Shown: one piece after another, positions 8,916-19,000 of the stretch
Position numbering within the stretch: the first letter of the stretch is position 1
How the letters are laid out: each line of letters starts with the position of its first letter
NCBI GenBank assembly: GCA_947586205.1
Contig: CANPXO010000003.1
Span: 1-53,502, forward strand
From: an uncultured Bacilli bacterium
GTDB taxonomy: Bacteria > Bacillota_I > Bacilli_A > RF39 > UBA660
Direction of reading: 5' to 3'
Length of the DNA: 53,502 bases
Program-made: the position numbers and the translations under genes
The notes under the pieces: generated by a model
The model's input: the letters and a program-made list of their open reading frames with translations, nothing else
What the model was told of the DNA's origin: nothing
The model's database searches: none

Positions 8916-10805
8916 TTAAAATCCATGGCCTCCTCCGCCTCCACCGCCGAAGCCACCACCAGACGAAAATCCTCCACCAAATCCACTTCCGCTTGAAGAA
9001 GAACTTGAGGCAACTCTAGCATTATAAGTAGACTCATTTAACTGTATAGATTCATGAATACTACTCGATATATGGTTCGCAATATGAAAATCAATCCATG
9101 AGAAATTATAGTTTTCATTATTTAAATCCATTTCTTTAATTTTGACATTCATACTTTTTTCCACTTGGTCAGCAATTCCGAAGACTGTAGCATAAACAAA
9201 ATATCTTTCCCATAAAGCAATTTCTGGTAATTCTTTTACTTCAAAATTTCCAAAATCTTTTAAGAAACGCTTCATGGCTTTCCATCTTACATAATCTTCA
9301 TTTCCTTCTTTGGTTCTTTTTTTAATGAACATCGAATAAATAAAGAAAGATGCACCTAAAAGAAGGACAATTCCGCTGTAAAGGAATGGCAATTCAAAGA
9401 ATAATACAAAGAAATTAATAAATAAAGCAATCAGTAATAAGAAAATTCCAGTAATAATTGGTAATCCATTCTCTTCATAAAACTTTTGTCTATCTGCATC
9501 ATTTTTGACTGAGTTACGCCAATTTGTGTAAGAGTTATGAAATCCTTGATATGTTTTTGTTGATGTTGCATATTCTTTTAAATCTAAAGATGTAAATTTA
9601 TCTTCACTTCCCACTTTTTCAAAAAGAAAATGTACGAGAGATTCTTCTGTATTATTAAGTCCGTTTTTATTCAATAATGTAAATTCATAGTATTTTACAT
9701 TTTCTTTTTTCTTGGTCATTTCTTTTTCTTCCACTTTTATATTTTTTTTATAAATTAAATTTAAAATAGACGCGGTTAAAGCATTTTCAGTGACTCTTCC
9801 ATTCATGAGCACATCCACAACTTCTACGTTATAACGATCAATGAATTCCCTGTTGTACTCATTTTGAAATTCACTTTTATATTCTCGATCATGAAAAAGA
9901 TAAACATAAATCCACCAAAGAATGATTAAAATAATATAACTGATACTTACAGCTTTTACAATAGTAGTTAACCTTTGGGCCCTTTCTCTTGTCTCATTGG
10001 CTTCTGTTGCTCTTTTTTCTTCTATTTCTAAGATTTGAGGTAAGGCGCTCTCATTGGTTTCTTTTTCTTTTTGGACATTTACGAGTGTTTTATCAAAAGT
10101 CATACGAATATCGACTGGCGAATTTGCCTTTAACTTTTGAATCGTCGCGACAATGGTACGATTATCGAGCCTTTCAATTTCTCCATTTAAGTCTCCATGC
10201 GCCCAGAAACGTAATGTATCTTGGTTGTCTTCTTTCGGTAAGGAGACATGAATCTCCACATTTTGAATCGCATCGTCAAATTCATCCCCAATAAATGTCC
10301 AATAAATTTCCGCGATATCCTCATGTTTTACAACAACATCTCGAATGGTATATTCTATATAAAATGCAACGGTTTCCTCTTGTCCTTCAAAGTACATCCG
10401 ATAGGACTTTCCATCTTGCACACTCGATTCCACAAACTCGCCATCTTCAGCATCTTCTTTGTAATATGCTTTTTCGAGGTTTGTATAATCTAAATCTTCA
10501 AACGTTTCAAAGGTTGGAATCTCAGTCATTTTCTTTGCTTTTAAAATCACGTCTTCTAAATTACTTCCATTATAAATCGCATCACTCAAAAAAGACACAG
10601 GTTCATGATAACTTAGTTTACTATTTCGGTAACTAATAAGTCTTTCATAGCCATGAAAAGTTCCAGTTAAAACAATCAGTTCTTTCACTTTCATGTCGCC
10701 ATTTTCTAAAATTTTAGCATCCACAAAAAGATCATCGACATCATAGTTTATCGCATGAACTGTCAATGGAATCATTAAAATAAAAATCAGCAATAATTTT
10801 TTCAT
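8916..10805 (-). CDS. DUF2207-family membrane protein with a Gly-rich C-terminal tail
   Basis: 629 aa. Signal peptide, large ectodomain, three or more TM helices, and the family-typical C-terminal SSSSSGSGFGGGFSSGGGFGGGGGGGHGF. It sits next to lemA, as is usual. Confidence 0.85.
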   Translation of the reverse strand: MKKLLLIFILMIPLTVHAINYDVDDLFVDAKILENGDMKVKELIVLTGTFHGYERLISYRNSKLSYHEPVSFLSDAIYNGSNLEDVILKAKKMTEIPTFETFEDLDYTNLEKAYYKEDAEDGEFVESSVQDGKSYRMYFEGQEETVAFYIEYTIRDVVVKHEDIAEIYWTFIGDEFDDAIQNVEIHVSLPKEDNQDTLRFWAHGDLNGEIERLDNRTIVATIQKLKANSPVDIRMTFDKTLVNVQKEKETNESALPQILEIEEKRATEANETRERAQRLTTIVKAVSISYIILIILWWIYVYLFHDREYKSEFQNEYNREFIDRYNVEVVDVLMNGRVTENALTASILNLIYKKNIKVEEKEMTKKKENVKYYEFTLLNKNGLNNTEESLVHFLFEKVGSEDKFTSLDLKEYATSTKTYQGFHNSYTNWRNSVKNDADRQKFYEENGLPIITGIFLLLIALFINFFVLFFELPFLYSGIVLLLGASFFIYSMFIKKRTKEGNEDYVRWKAMKRFLKDFGNFEVKELPEIALWERYFVYATVFGIADQVEKSMNVKIKEMDLNNENYNFSWIDFHIANHISSSIHESIQLNESTYNARVASSSSSSGSGFGGGFSSGGGFGGGGGGGHGF

Positions 10806-10844
10806 GTTTCACCACTCTCAAAAAGAAGCTTACTCTTGTAAGCT

Positions 10845-11465
10845 TTAAAATTCTACTTTGACATTTTCTCTTTCAGATTCATCTGCTTGGAAAAATTCTT
10901 CTTTCGCAAAATGGAACAACCCTGCGATGATATTTGATGGAACCATCATAATCTTATTATTATATTTTAAAACAGCATCATTATAAAATTGTCTTGCATA
11001 AGCAATTTTATCTTCTGTTTCCTGTAATTCTTTTTGTAATTCTAAAAAGTTTTCATTTGCTTTTAAATCAGGATAACTTTCTGATAAAGCAAATAATCTT
11101 GGTAAAACATTAGATAACTCGTTGTTTGCTTTCATTTTTTCATTTGGTGAAGTTGCAGATGTATAATTATTACGTGCTTTTACAATATCTTCTAAAGTTT
11201 CTTTTTCATGTTTTGCATACCCTTTTACAGTATTTACGATATTGGGAATTAAATCAAATCTTCTTTTTAATTGAACATCAATTTGACTCCATTGATCTTT
11301 CACTCTATTTCTTAAAGTAATAAGATTATTATACACTCCAATCCCCCATAACACTATAAGAACAAGCAAAACCCCTATTACAATTAAAACAATTAACCAT
11401 CCTGGCATAATTTCATAACCTCCATTCACTAATTTTATTCTATCACTTTTTATATATGAAATCAA
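10845..11465 (-). CDS. lemA: LemA family protein
   Basis: 206 aa. N-terminal TM helix, then the conserved [31 protein letters not shown] and ESYPDLKAN blocks. Confidence 0.9.
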   Translation of the reverse strand: MISYIKSDRIKLVNGGYEIMPGWLIVLIVIGVLLVLIVLWGIGVYNNLITLRNRVKDQWSQIDVQLKRRFDLIPNIVNTVKGYAKHEKETLEDIVKARNNYTSATSPNEKMKANNELSNVLPRLFALSESYPDLKANENFLELQKELQETEDKIAYARQFYNDAVLKYNNKIMMVPSNIIAGLFHFAKEEFFQADESERENVKVEF

Positions 11466-12337
11466 CCTTCTTTGACTTCAATTACAGGTCGAATAAAGGC
11501 ACTGGTTGTCGAAGTGACTAGTTGCAGGTTTGGTCCATAAATATGAATTTGAGCTTCTCTTATAGCACCCATAGTACTTAAAATATGGAAAGGTGCCCCA
11601 GTACTTGTCCAACTACTACTATTTGCCGCGGTGACTTCTGATTGCAAAGGTATACGTACATAAATTTCTCTTGATGCATCATAATGAAGAAATCCATCAT
11701 CAAAGTCAAGGGCATTCAACTTTCCTAAATCTAAAGCTCTTTGAAGCCCTAAATGAGACTGAAACCAATTCATAACAATCGTACTTGGAATCTTCTGACC
11801 AAAATTTTGAGTTTCTACTTGAGCAGTTGTTGGCAGCCAGCTAGCTTTAATATATTGACTTGGATTTCTTGGGTCATAATAGCAATTTTCTCTTCCATAA
11901 ATACCTATAGGAGGGTTATTGGGATTAAAAGTTGGCACCTCTCGACAGGAACGTACTTGGCAAGATGTTTCATCACAGGTTCCAGTTTCATAATAAGCCG
12001 TGTTTGTCGTGGCAATGTTAGAACCAAGCGCATTCACAATTTCACCACGAGTCAAAGTTCTTTGTAAAATTAATATGATAGAAGCCCCTTTATCTTTAAT
12101 CACTTGCCATGTCTCCCCAGCAAAAGAAACTATAGAACCTTCCATATAGATTTTACTCTCTAATTTATCTACAACAAATTCATTATCTTCTTCTAAACTA
12201 CTTCGAATATTCTCTTCCATCGCATTTAATAAAATACGATTATTTGCATCTTTGGCTAAGAGAGAGGCCATTAACAGTAAAAAAACAAGAAAGAAAGAAT
12301 AAATTAAAGAAGTAGCCATAAAACCATTTTTTTTCAT
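11462..12337 (-). CDS. secreted or anchored hypothetical protein with a prepilin-like N-terminus
   Basis: 291 aa. The N-terminus is [22 protein letters not shown], a G|F-type hydrophobic segment that lacks the usual Glu+5. There is a Cys-containing ectodomain and a 4-nt overlap with the lemA start. Confidence 0.5.
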   Translation of the reverse strand: MKKNGFMATSLIYSFFLVFLLLMASLLAKDANNRILLNAMEENIRSSLEEDNEFVVDKLESKIYMEGSIVSFAGETWQVIKDKGASIILILQRTLTRGEIVNALGSNIATTNTAYYETGTCDETSCQVRSCREVPTFNPNNPPIGIYGRENCYYDPRNPSQYIKASWLPTTAQVETQNFGQKIPSTIVMNWFQSHLGLQRALDLGKLNALDFDDGFLHYDASREIYVRIPLQSEVTAANSSSWTSTGAPFHILSTMGAIREAQIHIYGPNLQLVTSTTSAFIRPVIEVKEG

Positions 12338-12362
12338 TTGTACCCCTTTCTAAAGTATTTTC

Positions 12363-13010
12363 CTATTCTTTTTCTACTAAATCCGTTGTATCTTTTTTCT
12401 TGTCTTTTTTAGAATCATAGTTGCGAATGCCAAATAAAATTACAAGATTTTGAATACAAAACAAAGTTTCTATCACAATTAAAACAATTGATACAAAGGC
12501 ATTCTCATTAACATTTGGAATAGGATTAATCATAAGTAATATTGATGCTAAAATGTTTATTCCAGCAAGAACCAAAAGAATGATCCAAACAAAACTTTTT
12601 TTATTTTTCACCATCATTGCGAGTTCTATTCTTTGAGCATTTAAGATAAGTAAATACCCTCCTAGTAAAATAGTAATCATATTTCTGAGTAATTGATTTT
12701 CAAAGAATGATACAAATCCAAAGGCAAGAAGAACAATACCTGTCATAAGTCTTTTATTATAGATGCGGTCACTTTCTGGAACACAAAAATAAAGAAAAAC
12801 AGAAATCACTCCTAAAGCAATGGCAAGATAGCCAAAAATAGAAATCGCAACGGATAAAAAGTTCTCTGGATTTCGAAATAATACAACAGCAAAAACGATA
12901 ATAAGAAATGCCCCGACAAAAGAAGTTGCCGCGCTTTTTTTCATTCTTTTTAAAATTTCTTTTTCTTGTAAAATCATATACATCACACTTTCTATAACAA
13001 ATTTTACCAT
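12363..13010 (-). CDS. multi-pass membrane protein (HdeD/DUF308-like)
   Basis: 215 aa with about six hydrophobic helices and a Lys-rich tail. The family call is tentative, and the true start may be an internal Met. Confidence 0.45.
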   Translation of the reverse strand: MVKFVIESVMYMILQEKEILKRMKKSAATSFVGAFLIIVFAVVLFRNPENFLSVAISIFGYLAIALGVISVFLYFCVPESDRIYNKRLMTGIVLLAFGFVSFFENQLLRNMITILLGGYLLILNAQRIELAMMVKNKKSFVWIILLVLAGINILASILLMINPIPNVNENAFVSIVLIVIETLFCIQNLVILFGIRNYDSKKDKKKDTTDLVEKE

Positions 13011-13038
13011 TATCTCAATCGAAATACAATCTAAAAAA

Positions 13039-15180
13039 TTAAGGTTCTAAAGTGATTTCTAAATTCATGTCTTTTGTAATCATGGTATCTTTTGGAATAC
13101 TAAAAGACTTCACGGTTCCATAGCCATTTAAAGTATAAGAAAGGCCAACTATATCACAAAAACGAATTGCTTCATTGGTACTCCAACCTGTCATGTCCAC
13201 CATCTTAAATTCAGTCCCATTGGTTTTTAAGAAAACTTTAGAACCAACAATGACTCTCGTTTTTTCTTTCGGATACTCACTTACCACATATTTGCCATTT
13301 CCTAAAACAATGGGATTTAATCCTAATTTTTTTAATTTTTCTTGTACTTCCGTAACATTAGAAGAAACAAGTTGTTCTATAGTCACAATCTTACTTTCAT
13401 CGACATCATTTTCTTCTTCGGTAGCTTCCACCATATTTGCAATATCTTTGATACTACTTGCAACCGTTGTTGCAATATTGTTACTATCTCCGACATATTT
13501 TTCGGTTGCAAAATAAAATACGTATTCAGGATCATCATAAGGGAAAAAGCCAATAAAGGAACGAATGTAATCATAAGCTCCAGTTAAATATCCTCCATTT
13601 GGTGAAGCAATCTGAGCAGTACCTGTTTTTCCACCTATTTTTACATTGCTTGGAGCATAAAGTTTATTATAACTGAATCCATTATAAACCACGTCATACA
13701 TAAGTTGTTTCATTTTACTTATAGATTCAGATGATACCACACGCCCTATCTCTTCTCTTTCCGTTTTTGTGACATTTCCATTTGCATCCACGATTTTTGA
13801 AACGATATGAGGTCTTACCATCACACCGTCATTGGCAAATATTGTCATGGCTTGAAGCATTTGAACAGGTGTTACCAAAACCCCTTGTCCAAAGGAAGCA
13901 TTCGCAAGTTCCGATTCATACTGAAAATTAATAAGGCCTTCTTCTTCGCCAGGCAAAGTGATTTTTGTTTTCGAACCAAACCCCATTTTATTATAGAAAT
14001 CGGTAAGCTTCGCGGTTCCAAGTTTTAAAGCTAAATTGGTCGCGGCAACATTAGATGAATAAGCAAAGCCTAAATCATAAGAAATTTTTCCCCAACCAAC
14101 GGCATTAAAGTCTTTAATTTTCGTTGAACCATCACTTAAAACGGCTGTTCCTGATTGATATAACTCACTGCCATCATAAATTCCATTTTCTAATGAAGCA
14201 AGCCAAGAAAATATTTTCATGGTACTTCCTGGTTCGTATTGATATCCGACTAAAGGATTGAGATAATTATTTAAGTTTTCCAAAGTATTTGGATTAAAGT
14301 TCGGATTAGAGGCACTTCCTAAAATCTCACCGGTCTTCGCATTCATAACTGTAAATGTTACCCAAGATAAAGAAGTATCTTTAGAGAAATTAGCCACCGC
14401 ATTTTCAAGGATATTTTGAACATCGGTATTGATGGTTAAGTAAACGTCACTTCCCGAAACTGCTTCTTCTTCATAAACCTCACTTGTTGGCATTCTGTAT
14501 CCATACGCATCTTGTTGATACTCCGTATAGCCATTCTTTCCTTTTAGTTCTTTGTCAAAATAGGATTCGATACCCATTTCTCCCACAATTTCACCTTCGT
14601 CATTACTTCTTGCATAACCCAAAATATAAGAGGCCCAAGAAGAATTAATGTATTGTCTTTTTTTTGCTAGTGTTTCAAAAGTAATTCCCGGTAAATCTAA
14701 GTTTTGAATTTCCATTTTTTTATCTTCACTCACTCTTCCCCAAACACCTAGCTCGGCTTGATATAAATCTTGACTAAAATATCCGATTAAATCACTTTGA
14801 CATTGTTTCTTTCCTTCCTCTGTCTCAGCTAAAATGTTACACATAGCTTCGGCAGTCCCCTCTTTATCAATCACATGCTGAGGGTATCTTTCATCTGTCG
14901 TTCTTGATGGACTTAACATAGCAATGATTTTATAGGAATTTGCGTTTTTAGCAAGAGGCTTTCCGTCATGATCATAAATCACTCCCCGAGATGCGTAAAG
15001 CGTTTCTTTGACCGTATTTCTATTATTTGCAAACTCCGTTAAATCGATTCCATCTACTTTACTACTTAATACGACATAAGATAATTTTAAAATAATCAAA
15101 ACGAAAAAAAACCCAACAATGAGCATCGTTAGTTTTACATTCAAATTTGCCTTTCTCATTCTAACTTTGGATTTTTTCAT
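13039..15180 (-). CDS. class B penicillin-binding protein (PBP2B/FtsI-type) with two C-terminal PASTA domains
   Basis: 713 aa. STMK, SSN and KTGTA transpeptidase motifs. It follows ftsL, as in dcw clusters. Confidence 0.9.
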   Translation of the reverse strand: MKKSKVRMRKANLNVKLTMLIVGFFFVLIILKLSYVVLSSKVDGIDLTEFANNRNTVKETLYASRGVIYDHDGKPLAKNANSYKIIAMLSPSRTTDERYPQHVIDKEGTAEAMCNILAETEEGKKQCQSDLIGYFSQDLYQAELGVWGRVSEDKKMEIQNLDLPGITFETLAKKRQYINSSWASYILGYARSNDEGEIVGEMGIESYFDKELKGKNGYTEYQQDAYGYRMPTSEVYEEEAVSGSDVYLTINTDVQNILENAVANFSKDTSLSWVTFTVMNAKTGEILGSASNPNFNPNTLENLNNYLNPLVGYQYEPGSTMKIFSWLASLENGIYDGSELYQSGTAVLSDGSTKIKDFNAVGWGKISYDLGFAYSSNVAATNLALKLGTAKLTDFYNKMGFGSKTKITLPGEEEGLINFQYESELANASFGQGVLVTPVQMLQAMTIFANDGVMVRPHIVSKIVDANGNVTKTEREEIGRVVSSESISKMKQLMYDVVYNGFSYNKLYAPSNVKIGGKTGTAQIASPNGGYLTGAYDYIRSFIGFFPYDDPEYVFYFATEKYVGDSNNIATTVASSIKDIANMVEATEEENDVDESKIVTIEQLVSSNVTEVQEKLKKLGLNPIVLGNGKYVVSEYPKEKTRVIVGSKVFLKTNGTEFKMVDMTGWSTNEAIRFCDIVGLSYTLNGYGTVKSFSIPKDTMITKDMNLEITLEP

Positions 15181-15188
15181 AGACTCTC

Positions 15189-15476
15189 CTATTCGTTAAT
15201 ATTTTTAATGTTGTTATTATTATAAGTCATTCCTTTTGCTTTTGCAACTTCTTGAATTTTATCTAGGGAAGCAAGCTCATCGACCTGCATGGATAAAGAT
15301 TCATTAATGCCTTCTTGTTCACTAATTTTACTACGCATTTGCTCTAAAGTAATATTGGTTTCTGATAAAACGGCTTTTGTAAATACAATGGAAACAGGAA
15401 ACAAAAACAACGCGATTCCAATTAAAACAAATAACATTTTTTCTCCTCTTAAATAACGATAATACCTTTTTTTCAT
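15189..15476 (-). CDS. ftsL: cell division protein FtsL
   Basis: 95 aa, single TM helix plus coiled coil. It occupies the conserved position between rsmH and the PBP gene. Confidence 0.75.
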   Translation of the reverse strand: MKKRYYRYLRGEKMLFVLIGIALFLFPVSIVFTKAVLSETNITLEQMRSKISEQEGINESLSMQVDELASLDKIQEVAKAKGMTYNNNNIKNINE

Positions 15477-16402
15477 GAATTCTCTATCCTTTCTATGATT
15501 CTTAATTTAGCACTTTTGCTTCGACTATTCATCTTTAACTCTTCTTCACTTGGAAGAATTGGTTTTTTATTCACTAATTTAACTTTTGGTAAGTATTCTT
15601 TTGGAATTTCTGGAAGTCCTTTTACTATAGGGTTTACTTCACTGTACTCCCTAAAGACTTTTTTTACAATTCGATCTTCTAGAGAATGAAAAGTAACAAC
15701 CACAAGTCTTCCACCAGGATTTAGTAAGTCTATCGCATCAGGTAAGACACTTTCTAAATCTTTTAATTCTTCATTCACTTCGATACGGATGGCTTGAAAG
15801 ATATTTCTTTCTGGATGATTTTTAAAGAAATAATTTGCTCCGACAGCATTCTTTATGATATCCACAAGTTCTAAAGTTGTTTTGATTGGTTTTTCTTTTC
15901 TTGCACTCACAATTTTACTCGCGATAAACGCGCTTTTCTTTTCTTCTCCATATGTATAAAAGATTCGTTTTAAGTCTTCCACTGAGTACGTATTTACAAC
16001 GTCATAAGCAGTTTTATTATCACGCTTATCCATACGCATGTCCAAGGCTTCTTCTCTCATAAAAGAAAACCCGCGTTCCTCATCTAGCTGTGGAGAGGAA
16101 ACCCCCAAATCAAATAAGATACCATCCACTTTTGTTACTCCGACACTTTCTAAGCATTTCTTCATATTGGAATATCTAGTTGAAAAAATTTCAAAGTTAT
16201 CCCCAATCTCACTTAAAACTTCTTTTGAGTAACAAACTGCTGTTTCATCACGATCGAAGGCGAATAATTTTCCCCTTTTTATTCTTTTTAATATTTCACT
16301 AGCATCGCCAGCATATCCAAGTGTAGCATCGACATAGATTCCATCACTTTTGATATTTAATCCTTCTATGGATTCTTTTTTTAAGACTGTATAATGTTTC
16401 AT
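15473..16402 (-). CDS. rsmH: 16S rRNA (cytosine1402-N4)-methyltransferase
   Basis: 309 aa. Contains YVDATLGYAGDA, FDLGVSSPQLD and VVTFHSLEDRIVK motifs. Confidence 0.95.
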   Translation of the reverse strand: MKHYTVLKKESIEGLNIKSDGIYVDATLGYAGDASEILKRIKRGKLFAFDRDETAVCYSKEVLSEIGDNFEIFSTRYSNMKKCLESVGVTKVDGILFDLGVSSPQLDEERGFSFMREEALDMRMDKRDNKTAYDVVNTYSVEDLKRIFYTYGEEKKSAFIASKIVSARKEKPIKTTLELVDIIKNAVGANYFFKNHPERNIFQAIRIEVNEELKDLESVLPDAIDLLNPGGRLVVVTFHSLEDRIVKKVFREYSEVNPIVKGLPEIPKEYLPKVKLVNKKPILPSEEELKMNSRSKSAKLRIIERIENS

Positions 16403-16833
16403 TCGTTCACTTCCATAAATAGATTCTCAGCGATATCACTAAGTTGTTCTTCGTTCGTGGTTAAGAATTTTTCCCACTCATCCTTATCCCATATTTCAAT
16501 TCGATCATTCGCGCCGATTACAACGCATTCTTTCGTTAAACCGGCGTGATGAACGAGTGGGGAGGTAATACAAGTTCTTCCTTGACGGTCAAACTCGCAA
16601 ACAGTAGCACCAGAGAAGAAACTTCTTATAAAAGTTCTAGCATCTTTTTTGGTAAAAGGTAGAGTATTTAATTTTTCCACAAGATTTTGCCAATCTTTCA
16701 TAGAATAGATGTATAAACATTTTTCAAGACCTTTTGCAATAATGAATTCATCTTGCAAAACTTCACGAAACTTTGTTGGGATAACGATACGTCCCTTTTC
16801 ATCAATGTTATGATGGTATTCACCCATGAACAT
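16399..16833 (-). CDS. mraZ: transcriptional regulator MraZ
   Basis: 144 aa. MFMGEYHHNIDEKGRIVIP start and a second DxxGR repeat (FDRQGR). Confidence 0.95.
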   Translation of the reverse strand: MFMGEYHHNIDEKGRIVIPTKFREVLQDEFIIAKGLEKCLYIYSMKDWQNLVEKLNTLPFTKKDARTFIRSFFSGATVCEFDRQGRTCITSPLVHHAGLTKECVVIGANDRIEIWDKDEWEKFLTTNEEQLSDIAENLFMEVNE

Positions 16834-16840
16834 ATTTTAT

Positions 16841-16880
16841 CCCCCACTTTCTTCCACATTTCACCACTGTTCTACCACTA
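16841..16880 (-). promoter_or_regulatory. four phased GTGG(N) direct repeats (putative MraZ boxes) in the mraZ leader
   Basis: The minus strand reads GTGGT-N5/6-GTGGT-N5-GTGGA-N5-GTGGG with 10-11 nt phasing. On the plus strand the CCAC cores end at 16847, 16857, 16867 and 16878. The last box abuts the RBS. Confidence 0.45.
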
Positions 16881-16944
16881 TATTACTAAAAGTCCTAAAA
16901 AAAGTAAAGAGAAAAGATTTTAAAAATTACAAAAAAAATCAACT

Positions 16945-17550
16945 TTACATAAAAGTTGACATTTTTATTTTTTCTCTTTCATTATTCTTGTAACTTGTTT
17001 TATTGTTTTGATAATTGCATAAATGATATTTTTGATGTTGTATATTATAATCAAGTATATTTTTTTCAATTTTTTCTCTATCCAGTTTATTTGCTTTTTT
17101 AAAATAAATATGAATTTCTTGTCCTTGCTTAAATAATTTCATAGCAATTTGATTCATTCGGCAATTTGTGCTTTGACCACCTTTAAAAATGTTTCTTGGC
17201 GAGATATGACCATAACCAGTATTAAATCTTTTTCTCATATCAATAGTTTCACCTACATATATAGGCTTATGATTAAATACCCATAAATATACTCCTGAAA
17301 GATTTGCTAAAGTATTAGAAAAATTTTCTAATTCAAATTCACAAAATTCTATGTTTTCTGCATTCTCTGTATTATAATTACAACGTTGTAACGACCTTAC
17401 CAGTTCTTTATATTTTCCGCTCTTTCTATACTCAATTACTTTTTCCTTATATTTTTTAGTTTGTTCTTCTGTTCTTTTTCTTTCGACTAATTTACCGATA
17501 TATTCAAATTCATATTTATCAATTACTATGATCTTCTCATTTGGCATCAT
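16945..17550 (-). CDS. GIY-YIG domain nuclease-like protein
   Basis: 201 aa. SGVYLWVFNHKPIYVGETIDMRKRF...GxxSxN resembles the GIY-YIG core. The N-terminal ~85 aa are unassigned. It overlaps the rpe stop by 4 nt. Confidence 0.6.
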   Translation of the reverse strand: MMPNEKIIVIDKYEFEYIGKLVERKRTEEQTKKYKEKVIEYRKSGKYKELVRSLQRCNYNTENAENIEFCEFELENFSNTLANLSGVYLWVFNHKPIYVGETIDMRKRFNTGYGHISPRNIFKGGQSTNCRMNQIAMKLFKQGQEIHIYFKKANKLDREKIEKNILDYNIQHQKYHLCNYQNNKTSYKNNEREKIKMSTFM

Positions 17551-18167
17551 TTTTTTAATTTTCCTATTTGACTTTCAAAATCTTCTTGCATACAAACAAA
17601 TGAACCACTTACCACTCGATCGGCATAAGGACTAACCAAAGACACTGTTTGATCGTTAATGCCCCCATCAATGGAAATTTCAAAATTCTTTTTTAAATTA
17701 TATATTTCTTGTAATTTAGGAATTACACTTTCCATAAATTCCTGTCCGCCTTTTCCTGGATGAACCGTCATCACTAGAACAACATCAATATTACTTAAAA
17801 AAGGTAGAATCTTTTCAATCGATGTTTCAGGGTTAATAGATAAACCGACTGGAATAGAATAAGATTTGATAAGAGTTATAAACTCATTTACATTCGGTAT
17901 TTCAACAGGAATCGTAATACAACTTGGTTTTAATTTAGCTAAGCATTCAATTTCTTCTTTTGGATCATTCACCATTAAATGAATATCGATAGGCTTTGTG
18001 ACATCTTGTAAATCTTCCATGATTTCTTGAATTTCATAATTTCTTTCTCCACAAAAAATACCATCAATTAAATCGACATGGATATAATCTGCCGAAGATT
18101 CATTAATTTTTTGAATCGTTTCTTTTTTTTCATAAATACTTTTTAAATATGACACGGCTACTTTCAT
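17547..18167 (-). CDS. rpe: ribulose-phosphate 3-epimerase-like protein
   Basis: 206 aa. HVDLIDG, HLMV, VHPGKGGQEF and SIDGGIN TIM-barrel motifs. The conserved prkC-rsgA-rpe context is present. Confidence 0.8.
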   Translation of the reverse strand: MKVAVSYLKSIYEKKETIQKINESSADYIHVDLIDGIFCGERNYEIQEIMEDLQDVTKPIDIHLMVNDPKEEIECLAKLKPSCITIPVEIPNVNEFITLIKSYSIPVGLSINPETSIEKILPFLSNIDVVLVMTVHPGKGGQEFMESVIPKLQEIYNLKKNFEISIDGGINDQTVSLVSPYADRVVSGSFVCMQEDFESQIGKLKK

Positions 18168-19000
18168 TTTTTTCTCTCCAATACTATTTTTTGATAATTT
18201 TCATATCGTGATGGTAGAATATTTCCATCTTCCACGGCTTGTTTTACTCCACAGCCGATTTCTTTTTGATGACTACAGTCTCGAAACTTACAAGGATACT
18301 CGTTAAACTCTGTAAAACTTGTTTTGATTTCTTCTAAAGAATACTTATCAAAGCTTAAACTTGAAAAACCTGGTGTATCACAAAAATAAATATCTTGAAT
18401 TTCATAGATTTCTGTGTGTCTTGTCGTATGTTTTCCACGATTTAAAGCTTCTGATATGGCTTTTGTTTCTATATTCAAATTCTTATCCATTCGATTTAAC
18501 AGAGTACTTTTCCCTGCTCCACTTTGCCCTGTTAAAACTACAAAAGAATGTTTTAAATAGGAAATAAGCGGTTTTAAATGTTCATTATCAAAAACAGGTA
18601 CATCAATACTTTCATAGTACTTTTTAAGTATTTGATATTCTTTTAAAATTTGTTTACTTGCTAAATCTAATTTGGTAAAACAAATGACTGGTTTCACATT
18701 GGCAAGAAGAATACTTGCAATTTCTTTATCTAATAAAAGGGTACTTAAATCAGGTTCTACTAAAGAGGTCACTATAAGAGCTACATCTACATTTACAACT
18801 CTTGGTCTTAGAAGTTCATTTTTTCTTGGCAGAATTTCAACAATTGAAGAAGTTTTTTCATCAATTCTCACTTTATCTCCAACAAAAGGAGTTATTTTTT
18901 GTTTTCGAAATAACCCCCTTGGAGTACAGACATACTTTGTTTTATTACAAAGGACTGTATAAGAATTGCTTATATTTTTAACAATGATACCCTCTAACAT
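18164..19000 (-). CDS. rsgA: ribosome small-subunit-dependent GTPase A
   Basis: 278 aa. Circularly permuted GTPase (TKLD ... GQSGAGKST) with a C-terminal zinc cluster (CKFRDCSH..CGV). Confidence 0.9.
   Translation of the reverse strand: MLEGIIVKNISNSYTVLCNKTKYVCTPRGLFRKQKITPFVGDKVRIDEKTSSIVEILPRKNELLRPRVVNVDVALIVTSLVEPDLSTLLLDKEIASILLANVKPVICFTKLDLASKQILKEYQILKKYYESIDVPVFDNEHLKPLISYLKHSFVVLTGQSGAGKSTLLNRMDKNLNIETKAISEALNRGKHTTRHTEIYEIQDIYFCDTPGFSSLSFDKYSLEEIKTSFTEFNEYPCKFRDCSHQKEIGCGVKQAVEDGNILPSRYENYQKIVLERKK

Noticed and set aside
8916-9000. Gly/Ser-rich 3' end of the DUF2207 gene as a slippage-prone DNA repeat
   Set aside because: The codons are mixed (GGA/GGT/GGC/GGG interleaved with TTC/AGC), so there is no perfect nucleotide repeat. 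The tail is a family-typical protein feature.
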